A DNA stretch of 64,000 bases, taken from contig CAVWHO010000008.1 of the NCBI GenBank assembly GCA_963754875.1, forward strand, positions 96,001 to 160,000, read 5' to 3'. Source of the stretch: Nitrospirota bacterium. Lineage in GTDB: Bacteria > Nitrospirota > UBA9217. Below, piece after piece: positions 21,556 to 31,257 of the stretch. Both the position numbers and the translations under genes were made by a program. The stretch's first letter is position 1. Every line of letters begins with the position of its first letter. Under the pieces are notes generated by a model, which was given only the letters and a program-made list of their open reading frames with translations, searched no databases and was not told the DNA's origin.

Positions 21556-23676
21556 TTATTTTTCTTTCTGGTTGTGGTTCCCCTGATGTTGATGCTGCGC
21601 AGCCCGTTCCTGCGTGATTTTCTGGACGATGTGGCTCGGAACGTCCTCGTAGCCGAAAAATTCCATGGTATACATGCCTCTTCCGCTGGTGAGCGAATTG
21701 AGCGTCGGGGCATAGGAGAGCATCTCGGACATGGGCACCAGCGCCTTGATCGTCTGGCCGTTCGCCTGGGGGACCACTCCCTGGACCTTGCCTCGGCGGG
21801 AGTTCAAATCTCCGATCACCGCGCCGAGCGTATCATCGGGGGAAACGATTTCGACGCTCATGATCGGTTCCAGCAGCGCCGGTTTTGCTTCTGCTACGGC
21901 CTTTTTAAACGCCATGGACGCGGCGACCTTGAAGGCCATTTCCGAGGAATCCACGGCATGGTAGGAACCGTCATACAGCGAGACCCGGACGTCCACAATG
22001 GGATAGCCGGCAAGCGTGCCTTCGTGCAGCGCCTCGACCACGCCCTTCTCGACGGCCGGGATATATTGGCGCGGGACCACGCCACCCACGATGTTATCGA
22101 CGAATTCAAAACCGCTGCCGCGCGGGAGCGGTTCAATCTCGAGCCAGGCATCTCCGTATTGCCCGTGCCCGCCGGTCTGCTTCTTGTACTTGCCTTGCGC
22201 TTTCGCTTTTGCCCGGATCGTTTCCTTGTACGGCACCTTGGGCGTCTTCATCGTGACATCGGCGCCGAACTTTCGCTTGAGCTTCTCGAGCGTCACTTCG
22301 AGGTGGACCTGCCCCATGCCCGAGAGCACCATCTCCTTGGTCTGGTCGTCATAGGCGAACCTCAGCGTGGGATCTTCCTCAAGCAGTTTGTGGATGCCGG
22401 TGCTCACCTTGTCTTCGTCTCCCCGCGACTTGGGCGCTATGGCATAGGACATGACGGGGTCGGCGAACTTCGCAAACTCCATGACGATGGGTTGCTGTTC
22501 GGAGCACAGGGTATCTCCGGTGAGCGTTTCTTTGAGCTTTGCAACGGCGCCGATCTGGCCCGCGGCAAGGGTCTGCGTCGGGACCTGTTTCTTCCCCTGG
22601 ATATAAAAGAGTGAGCCGATTTTTTCCTTGATTTGTTTCGTTGAATTGAAAACCGTGGAATCCGTTTTGAGGGTGCCGGAAAACACGCGGACCATGGACA
22701 GTTTGCCTGCAAAAGGATCATTGATCGTTTTGAAGACCAAGGCGGTAAGCGGCTCCTCGGGCGTTGGCTTCCGCACCACTTCTTTGCCTGATTTCGGATC
22801 TATCCCCTTGATCTGCACGATCCGGGCGTGCTCTGCCGGCGAGGGGAGGCACATCAGGATCATGTCGAGGAGCGGCTTTATCCCCATGTTTTTGACGGGC
22901 GAACCACACAGAACCGGGAGAAGCCCCCCGCCGAGGGTTCCGTGCTTGAGCCCGGCGATGATGTCTTCCGAAGGGAGATCGCCTTTATCGAGATACTTTT
23001 CGAGCAGGCTGTCCTCGGTTTCGGCGATCTGCTCCACGAGCTTCTTTCGATAGGTCGCAACCTGCTCCTTCATGTTCGCAGGAATCTCTTTCTCCTCGAT
23101 CTTGCCGCTTCCGTCCTTGGCGAACATCAGTGCCTTCAGTTTAATGAGATCGACGACGCCGCTGAAATTTTCTTCCAACCCGATAGGGAGCTGCAGCACG
23201 AGAGCGTTCTTGCAGAAATACTTTTCCATGTCGCCGATGGCACGAAAGAAGTCGGCCCGTTCTTTGTCGAGCTTGCTCACAAAGGCAATACGCGGAACTT
23301 CGTAGTCGCAGGCGTATTTGTAGATTTTTTCGGTTTCGGCTTTCACGCCGGAGATGGCGGAAATGATGAGAACAGCGCCGTCGACGACGCGGAGCGTTCC
23401 CCTCGTCTCTTCGAGAAAATTAATATAGCCCGGGGTATCGACGAGATTGATGCGGACGCCCTGCCAATCGGCGAAGCCGATGGCTGAGGTAATGGTGATC
23501 TTCCGGGAAATCTCCTCGGGCTCGTGCATAAACACGGAGCTCCCCGTGTCGACACTGCCGAGGAGATCAACGGAGCCGGCCGAATACAGGATGGCATCGG
23601 CGAGTGAGGTTTTCCCGGCTGCGCCATGAGAGAGGATCGCTACGTTGCGGACTTCCTTGACATCAGCATTCGGCAT
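21556..23676 (-). CDS. fusA: elongation factor G-like protein (EF-G2 type)
   Basis: full EF-G domain architecture (EEDPT, GMGQVHLE, KQTGGHGQYG, DSSEMAF, LLEPIM) with divergent G motifs SHGAAGKTS/RKITI/DTPGY/SKLD; not in an rpsL-rpsG operon. Confidence 0.88.
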   Translation of the reverse strand: MPNADVKEVRNVAILSHGAAGKTSLADAILYSAGSVDLLGSVDTGSSVFMHEPEEISRKITITSAIGFADWQGVRINLVDTPGYINFLEETRGTLRVVDGAVLIISAISGVKAETEKIYKYACDYEVPRIAFVSKLDKERADFFRAIGDMEKYFCKNALVLQLPIGLEENFSGVVDLIKLKALMFAKDGSGKIEEKEIPANMKEQVATYRKKLVEQIAETEDSLLEKYLDKGDLPSEDIIAGLKHGTLGGGLLPVLCGSPVKNMGIKPLLDMILMCLPSPAEHARIVQIKGIDPKSGKEVVRKPTPEEPLTALVFKTINDPFAGKLSMVRVFSGTLKTDSTVFNSTKQIKEKIGSLFYIQGKKQVPTQTLAAGQIGAVAKLKETLTGDTLCSEQQPIVMEFAKFADPVMSYAIAPKSRGDEDKVSTGIHKLLEEDPTLRFAYDDQTKEMVLSGMGQVHLEVTLEKLKRKFGADVTMKTPKVPYKETIRAKAKAQGKYKKQTGGHGQYGDAWLEIEPLPRGSGFEFVDNIVGGVVPRQYIPAVEKGVVEALHEGTLAGYPIVDVRVSLYDGSYHAVDSSEMAFKVAASMAFKKAVAEAKPALLEPIMSVEIVSPDDTLGAVIGDLNSRRGKVQGVVPQANGQTIKALVPMSEMLSYAPTLNSLTSGRGMYTMEFFGYEDVPSHIVQKITQERAAQHQHQGNHNQKEK

Positions 23677-23750
23677 AGACAACTCCTTCCGGTGACGAGA
23701 TTATGGTTCAGAAAGGCTCGGGCGCCCGGCTGTATTCCTCTGAAGCGGGT

Positions 23751-24017
23751 TTACCAGATTTCAGACTTTATCTTGCCCCCCTGTTTGATCAGGACATCCA
23801 CGACCGCCTCGTTGAAAAAATTGTTTGCTTGGCGAATTTCCTCGTCCACCATGCTTTCGTAGTACTTCTTTCCTTCGGCAAGTTCTTCGGTCAGGACGTC
23901 GAAAAGGCTGTCCTTCTCAATTCCCTCCTTGACCTTGGCCTGGTTATAGAGAAGAATATCGGAAAGAATCGTCCTCGCGAGCCTTCGCGCCTCATCAGGA
24001 TTCTTGATCAATCTCAT
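23751..24017 (-). CDS. conserved hypothetical protein
   Basis: 88 aa, 'ARRLARTILSDILLYN...EGKKYYESMVDE..NFFNEAVVD'; in the operon with typical codon use. Confidence 0.7.
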   Translation of the reverse strand: MRLIKNPDEARRLARTILSDILLYNQAKVKEGIEKDSLFDVLTEELAEGKKYYESMVDEEIRQANNFFNEAVVDVLIKQGGKIKSEIW

Positions 24018-24040
24018 AGAAAAGCCCTACCACGGGATGC

Positions 24041-24478
24041 TCATTCCTTCGGGGAAAGAATTTCGACGATCATCGGTTTGTACGTCTGCGTTTTTTCGAC
24101 TTTATTATTATACACGCGTATAAAGAAAAAAGAAACGACCATGCAGATCATGCCTGCTATAAATGCCCAGAGGTCCGAATTGGGCTCCCCTGCATATCGC
24201 ATAGCAATATTTTTTGCGATAATGGCTCCGCCAACGAGCGCAGCCATTGGAATGCCGTACAGGATGATGGAAGCTTTCAAGTAGACCTGCGGCGCCACGA
24301 CGACTTTGACCTTCTGCCCTTTTTTTGCGCCCAGCGGGTTAGAAGCTTCCATGTATTCCTTGTCGTCGGGATGGCACACGCCGGCGGCAGCACACTGCTC
24401 GCAGCCGCTCTTTCTGACGATTGCAACCTTTGCAACGTCTCCTTCTATTTCGGCTACGATTCCTTCTTCTTCGATCAT
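24041..24478 (-). CDS. rseC: SoxR-reducing system RseC family protein
   Basis: MIEEEGIV..., CEQCAAAGVC, GAKKGQKVKV, ASIILYGIP, two TMs. Confidence 0.85.
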   Translation of the reverse strand: MIEEEGIVAEIEGDVAKVAIVRKSGCEQCAAAGVCHPDDKEYMEASNPLGAKKGQKVKVVVAPQVYLKASIILYGIPMAALVGGAIIAKNIAMRYAGEPNSDLWAFIAGMICMVVSFFFIRVYNNKVEKTQTYKPMIVEILSPKE

Positions 24479-24491
24479 GATATCACCCTAC

Positions 24492-24558
24492 GCAGCGAGC
24501 ATGGAGCCAGACGCATAGCGTTGATCTTTTCTATGCCCTGCACACTTTGCCCTCTGCC
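24492..24558. repeat. intergenic inverted repeat with 7-nt periodic arms
   Basis: GCAGCGA GCATGGA GCCAGAC GCATAGC ... CTATGCC CTGCACA CTTTGCC CTCTGCC. Confidence 0.6.
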
Positions 24559-24560
24559 TC

Positions 24561-26153
24561 TTATTGTTTTTTCTTCGTTCTGAGGAGCTTATACTCGATA
24601 CTATCCACCAGCCCCTGCCAACTCGCCTCGATCACGTTCTCCGACACGCCGACGGTGCCCCACTTGTTCTTGCCGTCCCCGGATTCGATCAGCACGCGTA
24701 CTTTTGCCGCCGTTCCTTCGGCGGCCGTAAGCACCCGCACCTTGTAGTCAAGCAACCGTACGTTTTCCAGCCCCCTGCCCGGGAAATACTTGGGCAACAC
24801 TTTGCGGAGCGCCTTGTCCAGTGCGTTCACCGGGCCGTTGCCCCACGCAGCCGTATGTTCGACATTGCCGCCGACCTCAACCGTCACCGTGGCTTCGCTT
24901 ACCGGGTGGGGATCGACTTTTCGCTTCTCCGTCAGGATGCGGTAGTCAATCCGGTCAAACATGCTGAAGACCGATTCATAATTGTGTCCCGCCCGAAGCA
25001 TCAGGAGTTCAAGAGATCCTTCGGCGCCCTCGAACTCGAATCCTTCGTTCTCAAGTTCTTTGACCTTCTTCAGGATCTCGGCCAGCTGAGGGCTGTCTTT
25101 CCTGAGGGGGATGCCCAGCTCTGCCGCTTTCTGGAGGATATTGCTCTTTCCCGCCATATCAGAGACAAGGATACGGCGCCTGTTCCCGACAACTTCGGGG
25201 TTGATGTGCTCGTAAGTGAGCGAATTCTTCGCCATTGCATCGACATGGATGCCGGCCTTGTGCGCAAACGCGCTGTCACCGATATAGGGCTGCCGCTTTC
25301 GGTGCGGCAGGTTCGCGATTTCATCCACATACCGGGACAGGTCGCGCAGCCTGGCCAGGCTGGCGTCGGTCACGCAGTCAATCCCCAGTTTCAGCTTGAA
25401 TGTGGGAATGAGTGTGCAGAGATTGGCATTGCCGCAGCGTTCCCCGTACCCGTTGATCGTACCGTGCACCTGCACCGCTCCCATCCTTACCGCTGCCACG
25501 GAATTGGCCACGGCCAGTTCGGCGTCGTTGTGCGCATGGATCCCGAAGGGCGTCGCTATAACCCGCTTCACCTGCGTGATGATTTCCTCGACCTCGTGCG
25601 GCATCGTGCCTCCGTTCGTGTCACACAGCACGATGCAGTCGGCACCCGCGGCCTCGGCAGCAAGGATCGTCTGGAGAGCGTAATCGGGGTTTGCCTTGAA
25701 CCCGTCGAAAAAGTGCTCGGCATCGTACACCACTTCGTCCAGGCGCTTTCGCAGGAACGACACGGACTCCTCGATCATTTCGAGGTTCTCGTCCAGCGTG
25801 GTCCTGAGCGCTTTGAGCACGTGCAGGTCCCAAGTCTTCCCGAAGATGGTGGCAACGCGCGCGCCGGAGGTCACGAGGGCTTTCAGGCTCGAATCCTCTG
25901 TTACCCTGAGTTTCGCCTTCCGGGTCGAGCCGAAGGCCGCGAGACGCGCCTTCTTCAGCTTGACGCGCTTCATCTCCCGGAAAAACTCCACATCGCGCGG
26001 ATTCGAACCGGGCCATCCGCCTTCGATATAGTGAACGCCGAACTGGTCCAGTTTGCGCGCAACGCGGATCTTATCTTCGACCGAAAAATTGATATCCTCG
26101 GCCTGGGCCCCGTCGCGGAGCGTTGTATCATAGAGTTGTACGATAGGTTTCAT
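24561..26153 (-). CDS. cimA: citramalate synthase
   Basis: YDTTLRDGAQAE, IEGGWPGSNP, FGKTWDLHV, YDAEHFFDG, HAHND and LLDYKVRVL. Confidence 0.9.
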   Translation of the reverse strand: MKPIVQLYDTTLRDGAQAEDINFSVEDKIRVARKLDQFGVHYIEGGWPGSNPRDVEFFREMKRVKLKKARLAAFGSTRKAKLRVTEDSSLKALVTSGARVATIFGKTWDLHVLKALRTTLDENLEMIEESVSFLRKRLDEVVYDAEHFFDGFKANPDYALQTILAAEAAGADCIVLCDTNGGTMPHEVEEIITQVKRVIATPFGIHAHNDAELAVANSVAAVRMGAVQVHGTINGYGERCGNANLCTLIPTFKLKLGIDCVTDASLARLRDLSRYVDEIANLPHRKRQPYIGDSAFAHKAGIHVDAMAKNSLTYEHINPEVVGNRRRILVSDMAGKSNILQKAAELGIPLRKDSPQLAEILKKVKELENEGFEFEGAEGSLELLMLRAGHNYESVFSMFDRIDYRILTEKRKVDPHPVSEATVTVEVGGNVEHTAAWGNGPVNALDKALRKVLPKYFPGRGLENVRLLDYKVRVLTAAEGTAAKVRVLIESGDGKNKWGTVGVSENVIEASWQGLVDSIEYKLLRTKKKQ

Positions 26154-26190
26154 GGCTGGTTGCTCTTCCTTGGACCCTTGCCCCTGCTTC

Positions 26191-27411
26191 CTACGCCGCC
26201 TTATCCATCTCAAAAGCATCATGCAACACCCTGACTGCAAGTTCCGTGTACTTGGCATCGATCACGCAGGAGATCTTGATCTCCGACGTGCTGATCATCA
26301 TGATATTGATCCCTTCTTTTGCCAGGGCCGAGAACATTTGCGCCGCCACGCCGGAGTGCGAGCGCATCCCTACGCCAACGATTGAGATCTTGGCAATGTC
26401 TTCCTTGATGCTGACACTTTTCGCGCCGATCTCGGCAATGACCTTCTTCATGACCTCCTGGATTTTTTTTGCGTCGGTCCTGGGCACGGTAAAGGACATG
26501 TCCGTCAGCCCGCCCTCGCCGATATTCTGGATGATCATGTCAACGACAACGTTGTTGTCGGAAATCGTATTGAAGATCTTCGCCGCCACCCCCGGCTTGT
26601 CCGGCACGCCCTGGACCGTCACTTTCACCTGATTTTTGTCGTACGCCACGCCGGACACCACTACTTTTTCCATGTCTGCATCCTCCTTGGTCACCAGGGT
26701 CCCCGGGTTGTCGTTGAAACTTGAGAGCACCCGTACCGGAACGTTGTATTTCTTCGCGAATTCGACGGAACGTGTCTGGAGCACTTTGGCCCCGAGGCTC
26801 GCCAGCTCAAGCATCTCGTCGTAGGAAATTTTGTCGAGTTTCCTTGCCTGCGGAACCATGTTCGGGTCCGTGGTATACACACCGTCGACATCGGTATAGA
26901 TGTCGCACACGTCGGCCTTGAGCGCGGCGGCAACGGCAACGGCCGAAAGGTCCGATCCACCCCGTCCCAGCGTTGTTACGTCATCCGATTTTTCCGTGAT
27001 CCCCTGGAAACCGGCGACAACGGCGATTTTGCCTTCTTTGAGCGCGTGCCTCAGCCGTTCTCCCGTGATCTTCTCGATCCGCGCCTTGGTATGCACGTTG
27101 TCTGAAATGATGCCAGCCTGCCTGCCGGTAAACGATTGGGCCTTGTGTCCGGACGCCTGGATCGCCATTGCCAGCAGTGCGATGGTCACGCGTTCTCCCG
27201 TAGACACCAGCATGTCCATTTCCCGGGGGTCCGGATTCTCGCTCACCTGATTTGCCAGGTTGATAAGCTTGTCCGTCTCGCCGCTCATGGCCGAGACGAC
27301 CACTACGACATCGTGTCCTTCATCCTTGGCGCGGCACACGCGCTTCGCCACGTTCTTGATCCGCTCGGGATTTCCTACGGACGTGCCGCCGTATTTCTGA
27401 ACTATGAGCAC
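26191..27411 (-). CDS. lysC: aspartate kinase
   Basis: [32 protein letters not shown], two ACT domains. Confidence 0.95.
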   Translation of the reverse strand: MLIVQKYGGTSVGNPERIKNVAKRVCRAKDEGHDVVVVVSAMSGETDKLINLANQVSENPDPREMDMLVSTGERVTIALLAMAIQASGHKAQSFTGRQAGIISDNVHTKARIEKITGERLRHALKEGKIAVVAGFQGITEKSDDVTTLGRGGSDLSAVAVAAALKADVCDIYTDVDGVYTTDPNMVPQARKLDKISYDEMLELASLGAKVLQTRSVEFAKKYNVPVRVLSSFNDNPGTLVTKEDADMEKVVVSGVAYDKNQVKVTVQGVPDKPGVAAKIFNTISDNNVVVDMIIQNIGEGGLTDMSFTVPRTDAKKIQEVMKKVIAEIGAKSVSIKEDIAKISIVGVGMRSHSGVAAQMFSALAKEGINIMMISTSEIKISCVIDAKYTELAVRVLHDAFEMDKAA

Positions 27412-27437
27412 CTATGCTCCTCCCCTGAAAGAAACGT

Positions 27438-27523
27438 TGCCACAGAGGCAAAGAAGGCACGGAGAAACCCTGAGCCGGCTTTCGATCGCTTCGCCTCCTC
27501 TGCGACTCCGCTTCTCCGTGGCA
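27438..27523. repeat. intergenic inverted repeat with about 8-9 nt periodic arms
   Basis: TGCCACAGAGGCAAAGAAGGCACGGAGAA ... CTCTGCGACTCCGCTTCTCCGTGGCA. Confidence 0.7.
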
Positions 27524-27526
27524 GAT

Positions 27527-28754
27527 TTATTCCTTTTTCAAAAAATAATCCATCAAGGTATATCCCTCTTTGAATATCAGGGCATCCTTTCTGTCAGCAA
27601 TTCCTTCGTCGTACGTCACCGCGTCCCCAATGCGTTCCTTCGCATTGTCATAAATGACGAAGGGCACAGGTTCGTTCGAATGGGTCCGGAGCTCAATCGG
27701 CGTAGGATGGTCCGGGAGCGCCAGAATGCGATATTCATCGAACTGTTTCATTCCATGGATGATGTTCCCGACGATGAATTCATCAAAATCCTCGATCGCC
27801 TTGATCTTGTTTTTCAGATCGCCCGAGTGGCCGGCTTCATCGGGGGCCTCAACGTGAACATAAACGATGTCCTTCGTTTTCAGCGCCCAGAGCGCGTGTT
27901 CGGCCTTACCCACGTAATTCGTGTCCAGCCAGCCCGTGGCCCCCGGCACGTTGATCACTTCGAACCCCGCATACTTGCCGATTCCCTTTGTGAGATCTAC
28001 GGCGGAAATCATGGCCCCCTCAATACCGTACTTTTCCTTGAAGGTCGGCATATTCGGACGCCGGCCCTGGCCCCAGAGCCAGATACTGTTCGCAGCACGT
28101 TTGCCGCTCTCCAGTCTCGCCTTATTCACCGGATGAGCAAGGAGCAAGTCGATTGATGCCTCCATAAGCGAGTTAAGAATATCGTCTCCCTCTCCACACG
28201 GGAGGTAGTCCTGGATGTCCTTGTCCTGGATGTCGTGCGGCGGCGTGCACTCGACCTTGTCCTTCCCGCCTTTCCAGACCATCAGGTGACGATAGCTCAC
28301 CCCGGGATAAAAACGGATGTGGTCTGTGCCGAGTTTGCTGTCGATTTCTTCAATAAGCAAACGTGCTTCCTGCGTCGAAATGTGGCCGGCGCTGAAGTCT
28401 TCCATGATTGCCTTCCGGCCCGAACCCGAAGACTTGCCGCCGGTAACACGGAGGGTCACGAGATTGCAGCGGAACGCGACATCATTTGGCCCCAGTTCAA
28501 CGCCGATACTGGACGCCTCAAGCGGCGAGCGGCCCGTATAGTACTTTCCGGGGGTCATATCCCATGACGGAAAGGTTGGCCACGTCGCTGCCGGGCGAAA
28601 ACCCAGGAGGTATCGTATACACCATGCCCACCTGACCGCTCGTTGCAAGCTGATTCAGGTTTGGTGTGTTCGCGACCTGCAGGCATGTTTTGCCACCCAG
28701 TTCCTTATGAGGCCGGTCAGCCATTCCATCGCCGAGTAAAATGATGTATTTCAT
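27527..28754 (-). CDS. apgM: ApgM-like cofactor-independent phosphoglycerate mutase family protein (proposed homoserine kinase type); one +1 indel near 28546
   Basis: [48 protein letters not shown] and DHPTP; lies between hom and lysC. Confidence 0.85.
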
Positions 28755-28832
28755 AAATGTACAGAAGAACGAGGGCACAGGAATCTGCGACAAAATATCG
28801 GGTTGCCTAACCCCTTGTCACTTGACCACTGA

Positions 28833-29075
28833 TTACGAACTACTACCTTCTCCCTCAATTGCTTCAATTTTAACCCCACGCTCCTTGAGATAGGCGATAC
28901 TGTCCTCGAGTTTCTTTTCCGTGCCTTCAAGTTCCAGCACGACTTCGCCCACGTTTTCGGTAACTTTGGCGCGCCGGATATTCGGCATGACATCGAACTT
29001 CCTCGCCATGGTGAAGATCACGGGCTCCTTGATCAGGTCCTGGGGAAATGTCAGTTTAATCCTCTTCGTTGCCAT
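28833..29075 (-). CDS. NIL domain-containing protein
   Basis: RIKLTFPQDLIKEPVI...PNIRRAKV...GEVVLELEG...GVKIE. Confidence 0.85.
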   Translation of the reverse strand: MATKRIKLTFPQDLIKEPVIFTMARKFDVMPNIRRAKVTENVGEVVLELEGTEKKLEDSIAYLKERGVKIEAIEGEGSSS

Positions 29076-29123
29076 ATCGCCTCCGTCGTAAAAAAGGGAA
29101 AACGCCAAATCAGAAAAATGACG

Positions 29124-29447
29124 TTAACACCATCCACCGAATCTCCAATTTCGTCTTGGCACTGCGGGATAGCCGAGTCCGCCGGCAATGGCCGGCACGA
29201 TCGAGATATTGTCTCCGTCCTTGAGCGTGGTGTCTTCTTTATTCATGAAGCGGATGTCTTCCTCGTTCACATAAATATTGATGAATCGCCGGATCTTTCC
29301 GCCTTCAGACAACCGTTCTTTCATGCCCGGATAATCCTTTTCCAAAGCGTCGAGAAGTTCGGCGATGTTCTTTGCGCTGCACTCGACTTCCGCTTTCCCA
29401 TTTGACAATTTTTGCAACGGAGTTGGAATTCTTACTTTAATCGCCAT
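29124..29447 (-). CDS. MoaD/ThiS/CysO-family ubiquitin-like sulfur carrier with C-terminal extension
   Basis: VRIPTPL, RRFINIYVNEEDIRF, LKDGDNISIVPAIAGG followed by 17 extra residues. Confidence 0.88.
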   Translation of the reverse strand: MAIKVRIPTPLQKLSNGKAEVECSAKNIAELLDALEKDYPGMKERLSEGGKIRRFINIYVNEEDIRFMNKEDTTLKDGDNISIVPAIAGGLGYPAVPRRNWRFGGWC

Positions 29448-29537
29448 GTAACGCTCCTCCTGGTTCAATATTCACTCGTCGTATGCAACGATGGTTTCCG
29501 CAGGTTTCATTGAACTCGCATCTTCGTGATGCGGTCT

Positions 29538-29969
29538 CTACGGCTCTATGACAGACAAAAGTACTTCGGTCACGTTTCCTTCTTCTATCGAAAATCCCCT
29601 CACCACAGGCTGCGCCCGGTTCATGAGGGAAACGATGACATATACGGCCTCGGGATAGTTCGGCAGCTTCGAACCGGGCCAGTACGCTTTTTCAACGTCT
29701 ATACTCGACGGGTATGCCTGGCCGGAGGGATGGGAATGGAACATGCCGACCAACACACTGCCCGACTCGCGAATGTCCTTCATCACGCGGAACTGCTCTT
29801 CCGCGTCCATTTCGTAGTAGGCCGGTCCGGGTTTCGCATTCGTCATGCAATAGATTTTTTCCACCCTGTTGTCCTTCCCTGCCAGGATGCCGCAGGCTTC
29901 GTCGGGAAGTCCCGTAGTGCAATGATCGATGATGCGTTGGAAGTCGGATTTCTTAATGATCAAGGCCAT
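29538..29969 (-). CDS. M67/JAB (Mov34/MPN+) metallopeptidase, Mec-like
   Basis: PDEACGILAG and FHSHP...PSSID JAMM motif. Confidence 0.9.
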   Translation of the reverse strand: MALIIKKSDFQRIIDHCTTGLPDEACGILAGKDNRVEKIYCMTNAKPGPAYYEMDAEEQFRVMKDIRESGSVLVGMFHSHPSGQAYPSSIDVEKAYWPGSKLPNYPEAVYVIVSLMNRAQPVVRGFSIEEGNVTEVLLSVIEP

Positions 29970-30028
29970 GAGCTGCCCCCGAGAATGCAGAGTCTCGGCC
30001 TTTCCCGTTGTCAACCATTCCGCATTTC

Positions 30029-30832
30029 TCAGTGGCTCATAGAACAGAATTGTTCGTAATCGATCAATTCCGTAATCGTCGGATGCTCGCCGCACACGGG
30101 GCACTCTTTGTTCCGGGGCACTTTCACGGTGCGGAAGCTCATATCGAGAGCGTTCCACAGCAGAAGTTTTCCTTTGAGCGGGTGGCCGATGCCGAGGATC
30201 GCTTTGACCACCTCGGTGGCCTGCAAGGTCCCGATCACACCGGTGACGACACCGAGGATGCCTGCTTCCTGGCATGAGGGGACCATGCCCGGAGGAGGCG
30301 GGACCTCGAACAGGCACCGGTAGCATGGCCCTTCGCCCGGGTAGATGCTCATGAGCTGCCCTTCGAACCGGAAGACTGCGGCGCTGATCAGCGTCTTTTT
30401 GAGCATGACGCAGGCATCATTCACCAGGTACCGCGTAGGGAAATTGTCGCTCCCGTCTACCACGATATCGTAATCCTTGATGATGTCCTTGATGTTAGCG
30501 GACGACAACCGCTCCTTGTGCGTGACGACTTTCACATCATGGTTCAGCGTCTCGTAGGTCTCCTTCGCGGAATCGGCCTTCAGCACGCCGATCCTGCTCG
30601 TATTGTGTGCGATCTGCCGCTGCAGGTTCGAGATTTCGACGCGATCGTTGTCGATGACGCCGATGGTGCCGACGCCTGCTGCCGCAAGATAGTACCCGAC
30701 CGGAGAGCCGAGGCCGCCGGCGCCGACGAGCACGACTTTGGCGTTCAGGATCTTTTCCTGTCCGTCGCCTCCGACCTCCGGAAGCAGGATGTGCCTGCTG
30801 TAACGCAGTATTTGATCTTCAGTAAAGTCCAT
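30029..30832 (-). CDS. moeB: MoeB/ThiF-family sulfur-carrier adenylyltransferase
   Basis: RYSRHILL, GAGGLGS, SNLQRQ, DGSDNFPTRY, PCYRC and CPVC. Confidence 0.9.
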   Translation of the reverse strand: MDFTEDQILRYSRHILLPEVGGDGQEKILNAKVVLVGAGGLGSPVGYYLAAAGVGTIGVIDNDRVEISNLQRQIAHNTSRIGVLKADSAKETYETLNHDVKVVTHKERLSSANIKDIIKDYDIVVDGSDNFPTRYLVNDACVMLKKTLISAAVFRFEGQLMSIYPGEGPCYRCLFEVPPPPGMVPSCQEAGILGVVTGVIGTLQATEVVKAILGIGHPLKGKLLLWNALDMSFRTVKVPRNKECPVCGEHPTITELIDYEQFCSMSH

Positions 30833-30848
30833 GTCAAAACCTCTTGGC

Positions 30849-30945
30849 AACCACAGGTCCCTTGTCGGGACACACGGATGAACACTGCTAGCTAATTTAC
30901 AATTTCAAATCGCTTTGCTGTGTTGATCTGTGTCCATCTGTGGTT
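30849..30945. repeat. intergenic inverted repeat with 10-nt periodic arms and a nested hairpin
   Basis: AACCACAG[GTCCCTTGTCGGGAC]ACACGGATGAACACTG ... CTGTGTTGAT CTGTGTCCAT CTGTGGTT. Confidence 0.7.
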
Positions 30946-30955
30946 AGCAGTTTTA

Positions 30956-31213
30956 TTATTTTTTCTTTTCCTTGTCCTTCCGGACAAGGATGCGCCACTC
31001 TTTTTCAGCGGTCTGCTCGACTTTCAGGACCTTCTGGCCTTCATTCTCCATGCTCTTTGGCACGTTTTCCGACGCGGGCTTGTGGTCCGTGACGATTTCC
31101 AGCACTTCACCGAGAGGCATTTTTTCCAGTGCAAGCTTCGATCGAACGAACGTATAGGGACAGACCTGGCCCTTAATATCGATTGTTTTGTTTATTTTTA
31201 TTTCGTCTGCCAT
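30956..31213 (-). CDS. tusA: TusA/SirA-family sulfurtransferase
   Basis: IDIKGQVCPYTFVRSKLAL..MPLGEVLEIVTDH. Confidence 0.85.
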   Translation of the reverse strand: MADEIKINKTIDIKGQVCPYTFVRSKLALEKMPLGEVLEIVTDHKPASENVPKSMENEGQKVLKVEQTAEKEWRILVRKDKEKKK

Positions 31214-31257
31214 GATTCACTCCCAGATGCCTGTATCATGCATCTCTCATCCCGTTA

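Noticed and set aside
24564..26234. Long antisense ORF of 556 aa (likewise 15755..16861, 21574..22614, 37325..38530, 50866..51768)
   Set aside because: Shadow frames opposite well-identified genes, caused by GC3 codon bias
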